A stretch of 63,844 bases of DNA, the filler included, from Octopus bimaculoides (lineage: Eukaryota): NCBI RefSeq assembly GCF_001194135.2. It is 5 parts of 5 records of this genome, joined end to end, with 100 filler letters (N's around TTAATTAATTAA, not from the genome) between each part and the next. Parts side by side here need not be neighbours in the genome. Positions count along the whole stretch, not along the records: positions 34,702 to 48,111 come from NC_068986.1; positions 48,212 to 57,294 come from NC_068985.1; 3 more parts are not named here. One strand, written 5' to 3'. This document shows positions 37,553 through 49,949 of the stretch, one piece after another; position 1 is the stretch's first letter, and the number at the start of each line of letters is the position of its first letter. The notes beneath the pieces are model-generated. The model was not told the DNA's origin. It saw only the letters and a program-made list of their open reading frames with translations, and did not search any database. The position numbers and the translations under genes are program-made.

Positions 37553-39473
37553 AAAACGAACACACGTGTGTTGCCTCTGCAAAATGTCAGAAGTAATGGA
37601 GATTAAATACGCTTTACACCGCTTAAAGTGCCAAAGGAGTAAATATAAACAGCTGAATACTTGTCAGTGATTGGTTGAAATTATCGAAATAAGACAATTT
37701 TTTACATGAAATAAATCCGAATACAAAAATATTTTTCTGTTCTATAACACAAAATAGATAAGTATACGAAGTTTGAAAGTCTTTCGGTACCAAAAACACT
37801 ACATAAAACATAAATGAAAACTGGTACCTCCGTTTTGAACAAGATCCCTGGGTCGATTTGTTCGAGTAAAGTCTGTGCTCCCGCATAGCTGCAGTCAGAT
37901 GACTGAAACAACTAAACGGATAAAAGAATATGTCATTTTAATCCGGAGCACTGCCAGGAATCTCTGCTACTTTTGTAGTCGCTCTTTCTCCGTAACTTCG
38001 GGTTTGTTTACAATTATTATATGTAGTACTCGACAGTTAAGTATCTATACATAAAATTTGATTGTAATTCATGGGTGAGCGTCAGGTTCAACTAGATGTA
38101 CCTGTAGCCATGTTACTGCTGATATGTTGGTTCGATTCTAGCCTGAGAATGCTCATCATTTTTTCAGCCAATTGTTTAGAAAATGTCGCTTTAATCAGAG
38201 TACATATTATTATTATTAATATTATTATTATTATGATACATTACTATATAGTTATTATTGTATAAAATAGACTTTCCTAGTCGCTCTTTCTCCGTAACTT
38301 ATCAAACCTCCGAGTTTGTTTACAAGTATTATATATATATGTGCGTGTGTGTGCGTGAATATGTGTCTATAAATAGATACATACACTTATGCATGCATAT
38401 ATGTATGTATACGCATGTATGTATATCCGTGTATATGTGTGTTTGTGCGTCTCTTTGTCCCCCACCATCGTTTGGCAACCGATGCAGGTGTGTTAACGTC
38501 CCTGTAATATATCGGTTCAGCAAAAGAGAACGATAGAATAAGTACCAGGCTTTAAAAAAATAAGTACTGGTGTCAGTTCATTCGAATAAAAAACATTTCC
38601 AAGCTGGTGCCCCAGAATGGCCGCAGTCTAATGACTGCAACAAGTAAACGATAGAAGATATACTTAGACACATACACACGCACGCGTGCATATATACACA
38701 CGTGCGCGCGCATGTTTTGTGTTCATTTGGTGCGAATCGTAACCGAGATTGAAATCAGGGGAGTGTACTGTTTAAACTACATTATTTAAAGTACATTAGT
38801 TAAAAATACGTTTATTGATTATTGAAGACGGTATATTACCAGTTTAAAGTAACTTAGCTGCTATTTCTAACAAATTGATCGAGAAAGTACATCTGATTAT
38901 TTGGTTGATTTTGATCCAGTGCTTAACCTACTTCGAAAAAGAAATATCGATTTCTTTCATTAAAACACATTTCTACCATAAATAAATGGAAGACCGGAAT
39001 GAGGTTAAGTTATGCATCTTGGAGCTGCCTACATTAAAGTTTATTGACCTTCACCGGGAAATTTAATCCAAGTTGTGAACTAGGTTCTGCAGCTCTGTAT
39101 AACACTTACGTATATAGACCACAGTATTATATACAACTCTTTATATATTACAGTATATAAACTGCAGTATATATAATTCTGTGTATACAGTGGCATATTT
39201 GTTCTTTGTACTTATATTTTCAATGTAGCCTTATTTTGGTGTTTTTCTAGGTTAGTAGCTCTGCGTGCGTGTGTGTGCATGAATATATGCGAGTGAGTGA
39301 TGTGAATGTGTGTGTATGTATGCATGTATGTATGTTTGTATGTATGTATGTATGTANNNNNNNNNNNNNNNNNNNNNNNNNNNNNNNNNNNNNNNNNNNN
39401 NNNNNNNNNNNNNNNNNNNNNNNNNNNNNNNNNNNNNNNNNNNNNNNNNNNNNNNNGTGGCTAATAAAGAAAC

Positions 39474-39505
<32 letters not shown>

Positions 39506-40068
39506 TGATATATTCACAGTCTCGTGTGTGTATACGTGCGCGCGCGCGTTAAGTGTCTTATATAATCGGTAGTATGACTATAAATAAATACATTCGCGTG
39601 TACGAATGCACGTACGCACGCTTGCGTGTACCTATCTACGAATGTAGGTGCATATGTGTGTGTTCTGTATGTGCGTTTGTACATGTGTGTTTGTGCGTGT
39701 ATGTGTGCCTGTGTGTTCGAGTATGTGTGCATATGTATGTGTGTTATTCTATTAAAGTACACAAGGCGTCAGATAAGATGACCCAGAAACTATTAATTTA
39801 CTGCGAGCGTAAACAATTCTGTTTATAGTGAAATCTTTCGAACTTGAACCTATACATTTCAATTGTTTATTTAGTAGAGTATTTATTATGTAAGACAAGA
39901 CAGAAAGAATGATAGAACCAAATGTATAGTGCACAAACTATTGCTTACGGTATATATTATGCTGTCAGATAAATTCGTTCGCTTTTTTCTGTTCTTTTTT
40001 TTTCTGTCAGAGTGTTAAAAATGTTAACCATTTCTAATGTTATTTGAATTAAAAATATAATATTTTCG

Positions 40069-40243
40069 TACATTATTTACATTATTTACGATTGATGGAT
40101 ATTTGTCCTCATCTTGTTTGTTGCTAACACAACTTTTCGGCTGATGTACCCTCCAGCCTTCATCAGGTGTCTTGGGGAAATTTCGAACCTGGGTTCTCAT
40201 TTCGAAGGTATTTTTCCCTATCATAATAATAATAATAATAATG

Positions 40244-40280
<37 letters not shown>

Positions 40281-40566
40281 CAATAATAATAATAATAATA
40301 ATTATTATTATTTTTATTCAGGTCACTGTCTGGAATCGAACTCGGAATCTTGGGAGCCCGCGCTCTTAACCACTACGCCATATGCCCACGGGCATATGGC
40401 GTAGTGGTTAAGACCGCTGTCTACTGACCCCAACATTACGAGGGCATATGGCGTAGTGGTTAAGAGCGCTAGCTCCCAAGATTCCGAGTTCGATTCCAGG
40501 CAGTGACCTGAATAATGATAATAATAATAATGATAATAATAATAATAATGATAATAATAATAAGCG
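40069..40566. mobile_element. Same element: full minus copy 40069-40387, head-to-head with two tandem plus-strand head fragments (40390, 40442)
   Basis: Palindromic junction catatgccc-ac-gggcatatg and a repeated gggcatatggcgtagtggttaaga head. Confidence 0.8.
40126..40171 (-). ncRNA. Minimal type I hammerhead-like motif, family 1 (C15.2 changed to A)
   Basis: GACAC CUGAUGA A GGCUG(10 nt)CAGCC GAAA AGUU GUGUU. Confidence 0.6.
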
Positions 40567-41273
40567 ANNNNNNNNNNNNNNNNNNNNNNNNNNNNNNNNN
40601 NNNNNNNNNNNNNNNNNNNNNNNNNNNNNNNNNNNNNNNNNNNNNNNNNNNNNNNNNNNNNNNNNNNNNNNNNNNNNNNNNNNNNNNNNNNNNNNNNNNN
40701 NNNNNNNNNNNNNNNNNNNNNNNNNNNNNNNNNNNNNNNNNNNNNNNNNNNNNNNNNNNNNNNNNNNNNNATTTCCATTTATTTCAGACATGTGACAATG
40801 AAGTACCATGTTGGAAATAAATAAATAACTAAATAAATAATGAACGAATTTATCTGATAGCCCAATAGAGACAAAGTTTCTCAGTTGTGATGTTGAGTCT
40901 AACTGAAATATTCTTCCCTTTCTCATCACCCGTTTAGACCTCCTGTATCGGCGAGTAGTGACGGAGATCTTTCTGAACCACGTTATATCAACCCTAGTGT
41001 ATCTCAGGATTCGGTTTTGTCTCTAACTCACTTATTTATATACTTCAATGATTTACTTTTATCGTGTAATTTCGAAGTTAATGCAGACGATAGCATGTCG
41101 GACTGATTGGTTCGTATATGTCTCTGGTGTTGTGCTGTGTTGAAGACTTGATACTTTACTCTTGTCGACGACTCAGTCCTTCGAGTTATCAAACTCTGCA
41201 CGAACAATTTGTAGTTAATGAATGTTTTGCTAGCTTGCATCATTTTATGATCTCCGACCATTATAGCAGGATC

Positions 41274-41424
41274 CAGTGGTGTAGCTAGGGTGTGGATTGG
41301 GCGAACAGAGTGGTCAGCCCCAGGCGACACTTTTGGGTCTACTAGATAAGTCTGTAGGCTTAGGGTCCTGCGGGTGGAACGGTAATTTCAAGGGCTGTTC
41401 TGGGTGCCACACTCTACGCCACTG
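41274..41424. mobile_element. hAT-type MITE, 151 bp
   Basis: TIRs CAGTGGTGTAG and CTACGCCACTG; 8-bp TSD gcaggatc / gcaagatc. Confidence 0.8.
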
Positions 41425-43611
41425 GCAAGATCCTTTAAGAATTAATATCATGTAATTGTTGAATTCCTCAGAGCAAAAGAATTCCATTGAGCAAGGCCCT
41501 TTTCATTTACATTGCTAATCGACATCAGAAAAGCATGAACGCCCCATATTCTTACTCCACTTTCCACGGTAAATTTGTATCCTTATGCAAAATAATTAAT
41601 TAAAGGTTTTGATATCTTATACAAAGCTTCGTGTTCCGAGTCCAAATAATTTCTCTGCAATTCACGTTACATTCCATATTTCTTTAGCTGTTGTTGCTTA
41701 GTTCCAGATTAACTTTGATCGAAAGCATTCCAGCCGTAACGATCCTGTCTTTTAAGACCAATCTAAGACTATGTTATTTAATGTGTTATTACTTGCTTAA
41801 TACGATGGCGTTTAACTTTAGGGAGATTTAGCTATAGTTTCTATCAGAGCTAGTGACAACATAAAGCCCTTCCCACCTCGTTGATGTATTTTTTGTCGAT
41901 ATAATAAATATCAGTAATATACTAATATTTGAGTATATAGTGAAACCCACGTGTATTCCCAATGAAGTGTCATTTCTGCAAATACTTGTTAATTGGTTCT
42001 TTGTACTTTGGTTCTGTAAATCCTCGACTGTGTTAGTTCACGATTCAGTTACAGTTACAGTTAAATGCATCCGTTTCGCTTACATTACTAACTCTCCTGG
42101 GACAAACATTAATATACGATCAGAAATGTTGGGCTAACTGCGAAGGAAAGAAAAGATTCTGCTTGTAAAATATCAGTAGTCGCTAAGAAAGCAAACCATT
42201 ACATCTAGTTCAAGATGGAGGATGAGTGGTGCAACAAGAACAAGCACTGAGGATGATAAAAACATTTGGCCCAGAGTCACATCATCTAACTCAACAAAAC
42301 TCTTGCTGATGTGCGGGAGTTTTGTCGCCTAAATTGATGGGAGCTCTGGTGCTGTGGTGGTAGGAACAGAAGCAGCGATGGAGCTATTTCAGCGCCTGGT
42401 GAGATATCAATTTCTCTGCACACAAGTATTAACCCTAAATATTACGAACTTATACTTGAGATTCATTTGCAAATGCTACAAGACGTTATAAGCTAGATAT
42501 AAAGTAGTAGATTTAATCTGTCACCTTGCTGAACACTACTTATCTACGGGTGTCTTTTGTGGAGTTCCATCTATTGCAAGATGACTGTACAAGTTTTTGG
42601 TCAATGAATAACTTCCTCTCTTCATCCTATCAGTCACGGGGACTTAGATAACTGTTGTATTGCACTGACCGACGGACTATGATGATGGAATTTCTTGTCG
42701 AAGACGACAGTGTATTCCGCACAGATTTTTTTAAATTTATAGTGATTAAATGTTTGTACTGCACATCAGCTCACTCCCTCTGTCAAATTCACATTGCCCA
42801 GTACAGGTGCACAGTGTGCCACATGTCAGACGTCAAAGAGATCTCAGATCCATGTGAAGTGAAGCGTCTTGCTCAAAAACACAACGTACCTTACGGTCTG
42901 GAAATCGAAACCACGATCTCGCGGTCGTTAGTACAACACGCTAACCACTTATCCATGCATCGTCACCGACTAAGCTTTAAAGAAATCCCCCATCAATTTG
43001 GGCAACAAAACAATAAGATAATGAGATTCGCCCCACTTATATCACACGAGGCAACAAAGTAAATATGAGATTAAAATTCCGTCATTGGACGCATTAATCT
43101 TTCTTTATCAAACTGATGCTTGTAAAGTCTTGTATTATTTGCAATGGAATCTTATAATTTAATACATAATTTGATTTATGGGATTATCGATCGTTGCAAA
43201 CTTTGAACCAGGATTGGACAACTTGCTCTGTTGTACACAACTAGAATACCGACTGTGCTAGCACGAAATGACTGATAATATTATCTCGTTGCGATGAAAT
43301 GATATAGTTTGAATTTTAGAAACAGTTTGTGGTGTCTAATTTGAAAAACTCGCATGGCAGGCAATCTCTTGTTTAACCGGTACAGTAAATTCAGCTTATG
43401 TCCCGGTAACTTTAAATTACGTTCAGATTCCTGGCGGGGTATGATGAGATCGATTTCAAATTATCACCGGGGTTATTTTAAATCAATTTCATTCTACCCC
43501 ATTATGATTTCAATTAACTCTCATCTTAAATCTCTCTCCTCAAATATTCGTCCCCCCTGGTGGCAAACAAAAGAATTATTATTACCATTATCATTTTTAG
43601 AATTATAACTA

Positions 43612-44045
43612 AGGTAGCGAGCTGGCAGAATCGTTAGTAGACCAGGTAAAATGCTTAGCGGTATTTCTTACATCTTAACGTTCTGAGTTCAAATTCTGCC
43701 GAGGTCGACTTTGCCTTTCATCCCTTTCAGGGGTAGATGAAATAAGTACCAGTTCAGAACCGCGGTCGTTGTATTCGATTATAGCCCCTTTCCGAAAATT
43801 GCCGGCCTTGTGCCAAAATTTGAAACTAATAATCTTTTCTACTCTAGGCACAAGGCCCAAAGTTTTGGGGGAGGGGAAGTCAGTCAATTAGACCGACCCC
43901 AGTACGAAACTGGTACTTAATTTACCGATTTATAAAAGATGAAACGCGAAGTCGACCTGGGCGGAATTTGAACTCAGAACGTAAAGACAGACGAAATACA
44001 GTTTAGTATTTCGCCCGGCGTGCTAACGATTCTGCCAGCTCGCCG
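43612..44045. mobile_element. Two family B SINEs, tail to tail. Other copies near 10240-10635, 19850-20050, 33860-33995, 45780-47150
   Basis: Head gagctggcagaatcgttag...gagttcaaattc and core gtcgactttgcctttcatcc in opposite orientations. Confidence 0.8.
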
Positions 44046-44541
44046 TAAAGTATTTGAAGCTAATGTTATTACAATTATAACTGTTTTCCGAAATTTATAA
44101 CAACTACCAAAGATCACAATTTATAAATAGCATCAGAGACTCGCTGATATATTTTGTTTTGTATAATAAATATATTTCGCTTGTATTTCAATATATTTCA
44201 AATATATTAATAGATTTTGCTTTGTATTTAGATGCACTTCCTTCATATAAACAAAATATATATTTACACAATTCAAATACTAAAACGAAACAGATTTATG
44301 GAAACGAGTACTTTCGTTGCAAATACGCAAATCAGTTTCACAAAAAATGATTTTATTTTAAAAAAGATCAGAAACTCAGAATCTTTGATGTTAAAAGTGT
44401 TTTTTCTTTTTTTTTAGGTTAGGGGATGCTGAAAAATCGATATTTTGTGTTATTTTCGCATTTTAAAACCAGCTTTACACGTGTTTGATCTATAAGCATA
44501 TTTGAGTTGTGGGCGTTAGAATTTATCATTTTAGCGAAATC

Positions 44542-44572
<31 letters not shown>

Positions 44573-45099
44573 GAGATGTAATTGACTTAATACCTTTGTC
44601 TGTCCTTGTTTGTCTCCTCTATGTTTAGCCCCTTGTGGACAATAAAGAAATAAGCAATTTCCAGTATCTAATTTGAAAGGTATAATGAATAAACACACCA
44701 ATCGGTCAAAATAACTTTATACCATTCCCAAATTATCAAAAATCGAATCTATATACATAAATGTGTAATTGTGTCTGCGTATGTGTTTGGGGTTACTCTA
44801 ACTCCTTCCACACCGTCCAATCGATTTTAATGATTTTTGGTACATAGGTAGATCACATGCCCTGAAGTTCAAATAAGGCCGGGTTACTTCTACTGTAACA
44901 GGTAAAGCCGTTGCCCGTAACACATAGACACATGGTAGAGAGTTTCTTCTTTTTCTTTTTGTAACTTTTTGCATGAAATTAATGGTTGTAGTATTTAATA
45001 TCAACATTAATTCGTCCTAGTTTTGTACCAAAAGTTTTTAGGCTTTCAAATTATATCCGATGCTTTGTTATTTTATTATTTTTAATTATGCGCCCTTTT

Positions 45100-45380
45100 A
45101 AATCCTAGCCAGGCTCATGGGCCCAGTTTCCTGGTTTCTATGGCGTATGTGTTCCCCCCAGCTGGACGGGACGCCAGTCCATCGCAGCGTTACTGAAGAA
45201 ACAGGAAAAAAGAGTGAGAGAAAGGTGGGGCGAAAGAGTACAACATGGGTCACCACCACCCACTGCCGGAGCCTCGTGGAGCTTTAGGTGTTTTTGCTCA
45301 ATAAACACACACAGCGCCCGGTCTGGGAATCGAAACCGCGATCCTCCAACCGCTGCCCTAACCACTGGGCCATTGCGCCC
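45100..45380 (-). mobile_element. tRNA-derived SINE, family C
   Basis: Minus-strand head ggcgcaatggcccagtggttag...ggtttcgattccc with A and B boxes. Confidence 0.7.
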
Positions 45381-45779
45381 CGCCTTGTTATTACTTATTC
45401 ATATAAATATTAATCTCGTCTTTGCTTCCTGCTCTCGATAGAAGATAGACAAATAGTCCAAGAGGAATCAAAAGACAAAACTAATCGAGACAATTAGGTA
45501 CTATCGACTGGGACCAGTCTCTTAAATGGGTCGTTAAATTACTTTTATTTATTATGTTTTATTTTATTTATTGTTGTATTTGAACTAGAGAATAATAGAA
45601 TTGTTAGTTACAGGTATCTAATTACTGACTGTAGGCCTTAATCTTGTACGTGTTGTGTTGTTTTTTATTGTGTAGGGTTTGTGCTGTGTGCGAAGATTGT
45701 TCTACTTGAGTTATTATATTGAATCAGGAGTTATTTAACTGAATTGATAGTGTCTTGCACAAGAAGTAAGCTGATCTTT

Positions 45780-47150
45780 TCCTACTCTAGGCACAAGGCC
45801 CAGGAGGTGGGGCCAGTCGATTAGATCGACCTCCAGTAAGCAACTGGCACTTAATTTATCGAACCCGAAAGGATGAAAGGCAAAGTCGACCTCGGCGGAA
45901 TTTGAACTCAGAACGTAAAGACAAACGAAATACTTATTTCTTTATTGCCCACAAGGGGCTAAGCATAGAGGGAACAAACAAGAACAGACGAACGGATTAA
46001 GTCGATTACATCGACCCCAGTGCGTAACTGGTACCTAATTTATCGACCCCGAAAGGATGAAAGGCAAAGTCGACCTCGGCGGAATTTGAACTCAGAACGT
46101 AACGGCAGACGAAATACCGCTAAGCATTTTGCCCGGCGTGCTAACGTTTCTGCCAGCTCGGCGTTACCTGTTACAGTAGAAGTAACCCGGCCTTATTTGA
46201 ACTTCAGGGCATGTGATCTACCTATGTGCCAAAAGACAAACGAAATACCGCTAAGCATTCCGCCCGGCGTGCTAACGTTTCTTATTTCTTTATTGCCCAT
46301 AAGGGGCTAAACATAGAGGGGGCAAACAAGGACAGACAAAAGGACTAAGTCGATTACATCGACCCCAGTGCGTAACTGGTACTTAATTTATCGACCCCGA
46401 AAGGATGACAGGCAAAGTCGACGGAATTTGAACTCAGAACGTAAAGACAGACGAAATACCGCGAAGCATTTCGCCCGGCGTGCTAACGTTTCTGCCAGCC
46501 CGCCACCTTAGAAGTAGGCTGATTCTAACAGAGCCATTTTGTGGGTTGTATGTAGTGTTTTGAGCCCTGGCATGGCCTCTATGTTTCTTTACATATTATT
46601 ATTATGGTAGAATCGCTAGCACGTCGGGCGAAAAGCTTAGCGGCATTTCGTCCGTCTTTATATTGTGAGTTCAAATTCCAACGCGGTCGACTTTGCTTTT
46701 CATTGTCTCGGGGTCAATAAATTAAGTATGAATGAAAAACTGGGGTCAATGTAATCGACTAGTCTTCTCCCCCAAAATTTCAGGCCTTGTGCCTTTAGTA
46801 GAAAAGATTATTATTATCGAGCAAACTTTCAGTGAGATGCAGTGTCTAATGAAATGAAGCTGTTGCTTAGCTGATATTTTTCTCAAGCAACAAGTAACGA
46901 CTTTCCTCAGAGTTTTGGTCGCCTGGCTCAAGCTTTCGCATTATCATTTAAGGCTGTGAGCTGGCTGAAGCGTTAGTACATCGGATAAAATGCTAAGCAA
47001 CCTTTCGTCTGTCTTTATGTTTTGCGTTCAAATTCTGCCGAGGGTCGACTTTGCCTTTCGTAGGAGATGAAATCAGTACTAGTTGAGCACTGGAGTCGAT
47101 GTAATCGTCTTATCTCCTCCCCCCAAATTTCAGGCCTTGTGCTTATAGTA
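45780..47150. mobile_element. Cluster of five or more family B SINE copies, tandem and head to head
   Basis: Repeated gaaaggatgaaaggcaaagtcgacctcggcggaatttgaactcagaacg and its reverse complement. Confidence 0.8.
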
Positions 47151-47374
47151 CAAAGTGATGTCGTTAGTTTTAGTGTTTGTAAGTAGAGTAAGGATTGTTT
47201 CAGTAATGAGATCAAAATGAAATTTATCTCCCTTACTAGTCTAAAACCTCAAAATAATACTGATTTCAAATTTTGGCAGAAGGCCAGCAATTTCGGCTTT
47301 GATTCACAAATACTGTCTTTTTTTCTCACCGCTTCGTCATTTATGACATATATATATATATAAACACACTAAGC

Positions 47375-47539
47375 CAGTGGTTCCCAGCCTGTGGTCCGTG
47401 GATCCCTGGTGGTCCACAAAGGTAGTGCTGGGGGTTCGTGAACACGTAAAGCTGACAGACATTTCAATATCTCGGGGTCCATGGGAAAATTCATTTAAAT
47501 AAAAGGGGTCCATCGTAGTGAAAAGATCAAGAACCACTG
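47375..47539. mobile_element. hAT (Charlie-like) MITE, 165 bp; related fragment at 3505-3571
   Basis: TIRs CAGTGGTTC and GAACCACTG; perfect 8-bp TSD cactaagc. Confidence 0.88.
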
Positions 47540-48251
47540 CACTAAGCGATAAGGTTACACACATTACTGCTACCATCACTGGTGCCGCTTTTACTAATGC
47601 TCAATTCCAGGTCATTCTTCAGGTAAAATACATATAATCAAAGTTGCTTTAACTCCAACCATTCCGTTATATTATTTGTCATTATTATTTATTTGTTTTA
47701 GCCTTAAAGTATCAACGATTACAGGATCTTGTTCAAAACGGGGGCACCAGTTTTCATTTATGTTTTATGTAGTGTTTTTGGTACTGAAAGACTTTCAAAC
47801 TTCGTATACTTATCTATTTTGTGTTATAGAACAGAAAAAAATTTTTGTATTCGAATTTATTTCATGTAAAAGATTGTCTTATTTCGATAATTTCTACTAA
47901 TCACTAACGTCTATTCAGTTGAAAACAGTTAGCGCTGTAACGGTGTATATCGTATTAATCCCCTAACCCTAACCCTAAAACTAACCCTAACTCTAGAATC
48001 CGAACCCTAAAATTGTTACACACATAGATACACACAGCGTAATTTATTATATAAACAATATATGCGTATAAATTACGATCAAACCGGATGAAATATGTCA
48101 CAGGGAATAACNNNNNNNNNNNNNNNNNNNNNNNNNNNNNNNNNNNNNNNNNNNNTTAATTAATTAANNNNNNNNNNNNNNNNNNNNNNNNNNNNNNNNN
48201 NNNNNNNNNNNATATATATATATATATATATATATGTTATTTATATTATGT

Positions 48252-48330
<79 letters not shown>

Positions 48331-49865
48331 TGTAAGTATTCAGTTTTCTAAAGAATATTGTTGCAGTTTGTGGTCTTTTTGTTATTATTATTGTCAATAT
48401 TATTATATACATTTATCGCAAGGTGGTAGCTGCTTGCTGGGTCGTTGGAGATGCCGGCTAGTTTGCTTTTTTTTTTCCTTTTTTTTTTTTTCAGTAATCG
48501 TTGCTCTCCGAGTTCAAATACCGCCTTTCTTCGTTTCAAGGTTGATAAATAAATATCTGTAATGTGGTCGATTCTTTACTATCTCTCACTCTTTCTTTCT
48601 TACTGAAAATGACCAAGATTTACCGTATGTGATAGCGGCGATTCTGCACCAACAATTATCTGAAGCCAGGATTTTAGGGGAAAATTATTGATAATAATCA
48701 ATCATCTTTCTTGACAATTATAGTTGATATTTTATTGATGTTTCATAAAGATTTCTGACAAAGGATTTTAGTGGAAAATTATTAAAATTTTATGACGATA
48801 ACTCAGATATTACCTGTAACTATATTACAGCTTTATGTCTTTCAATGGACGTCGCCGTTTAAAAGATTTCTTGTTTTTCTTTTTTTTTTTTCTTCTTCTT
48901 CTTTTTTAACCAACATAAATAATTTTGGTGGATTTGCTGAATATGAAGAAGTCATTTATTGTGAGAGAAGTCATCTACTGAGTCTAGGTTACAGCTGGTT
49001 CGCTTGTCCATTCTGAACAGGTTCCTCTAGAGAGCAAAAGAATAACAGACCAGATCTGGCATTAGTAAATAATCATTATTCAAAAATAGCATGAATTTCG
49101 ACAAACTGATTATAATAATAATGACAGAGGTTGATTCTTCAACTATTGTACAACGTGCTGGTCATTTTGGCTAATTTATTCCCCGGGGAAATTTACTACT
49201 GCCTGCTTATACTGTGACAATGATGGTCAAGCCATGCTGGATAGAGGCGGAAAGTTGTCGATTTAACAGTGAGACAAAGATGAGGAGAAGAGGGAGTTAG
49301 CAGGAACATGAACTGAATGAGAGAGGAAGTGAATAAATGCTATTAGATAACAGAGCGAAGGTGAATCGAGAAAGAAGAGTATAATGCGAGCGATAAGATG
49401 AGAAAGAGCTGGACGTACAATCGGACGGACAGGCGGACAGACGGAAGTAATTGCTACTACAAACTATTTGAATAAGATGAACAAAAAAGTGAGCGAGCAA
49501 GCGAGAGAGAGAGGGTGGGGCAGAGATTCAGAGACACAGAAACAGAGTGAGAGAGAAAGAGAGAGAGAGAATTAAAAAGAGTTTTATACAGAGACAGCAG
49601 ACGCGTGGGTCGGTCGAAGAAGTGAAAGGAGACAGGCATGTTTTAACAGAAATTTTATGTAACAACGAACAGAAACAACGGTCTCATTCTCGCATATACA
49701 CACAAATACACGACGTTCAAGTTTATTCGCAGGTATACAAGCAAAATATATACAACGCACACGTATGCACACATTCACCTACATACACCCACATATGCCC
49801 ACACATTTGCACTTACAACCACACACATGCATATATATTCATGTGTATATGTGTATATATGTGTG

Positions 49866-49949
<84 letters not shown>

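Noticed and set aside
41028-41260. Minus-strand open frame ending at a possible donor
   Set aside because: Unrecognised sequence; the ORF start lies inside a hAT MITE.
42655-43062. 135-aa ORF
   Set aside because: Runs through a SINE-head remnant near 42860-42955; no recognisable motif.
44744-44920. Helitron-like element; similar candidates at 51664-52212 and 36330-36420
   Set aside because: Only a loose resemblance; the 5' TC and 3' hairpin-CTRR ends could not be fixed.
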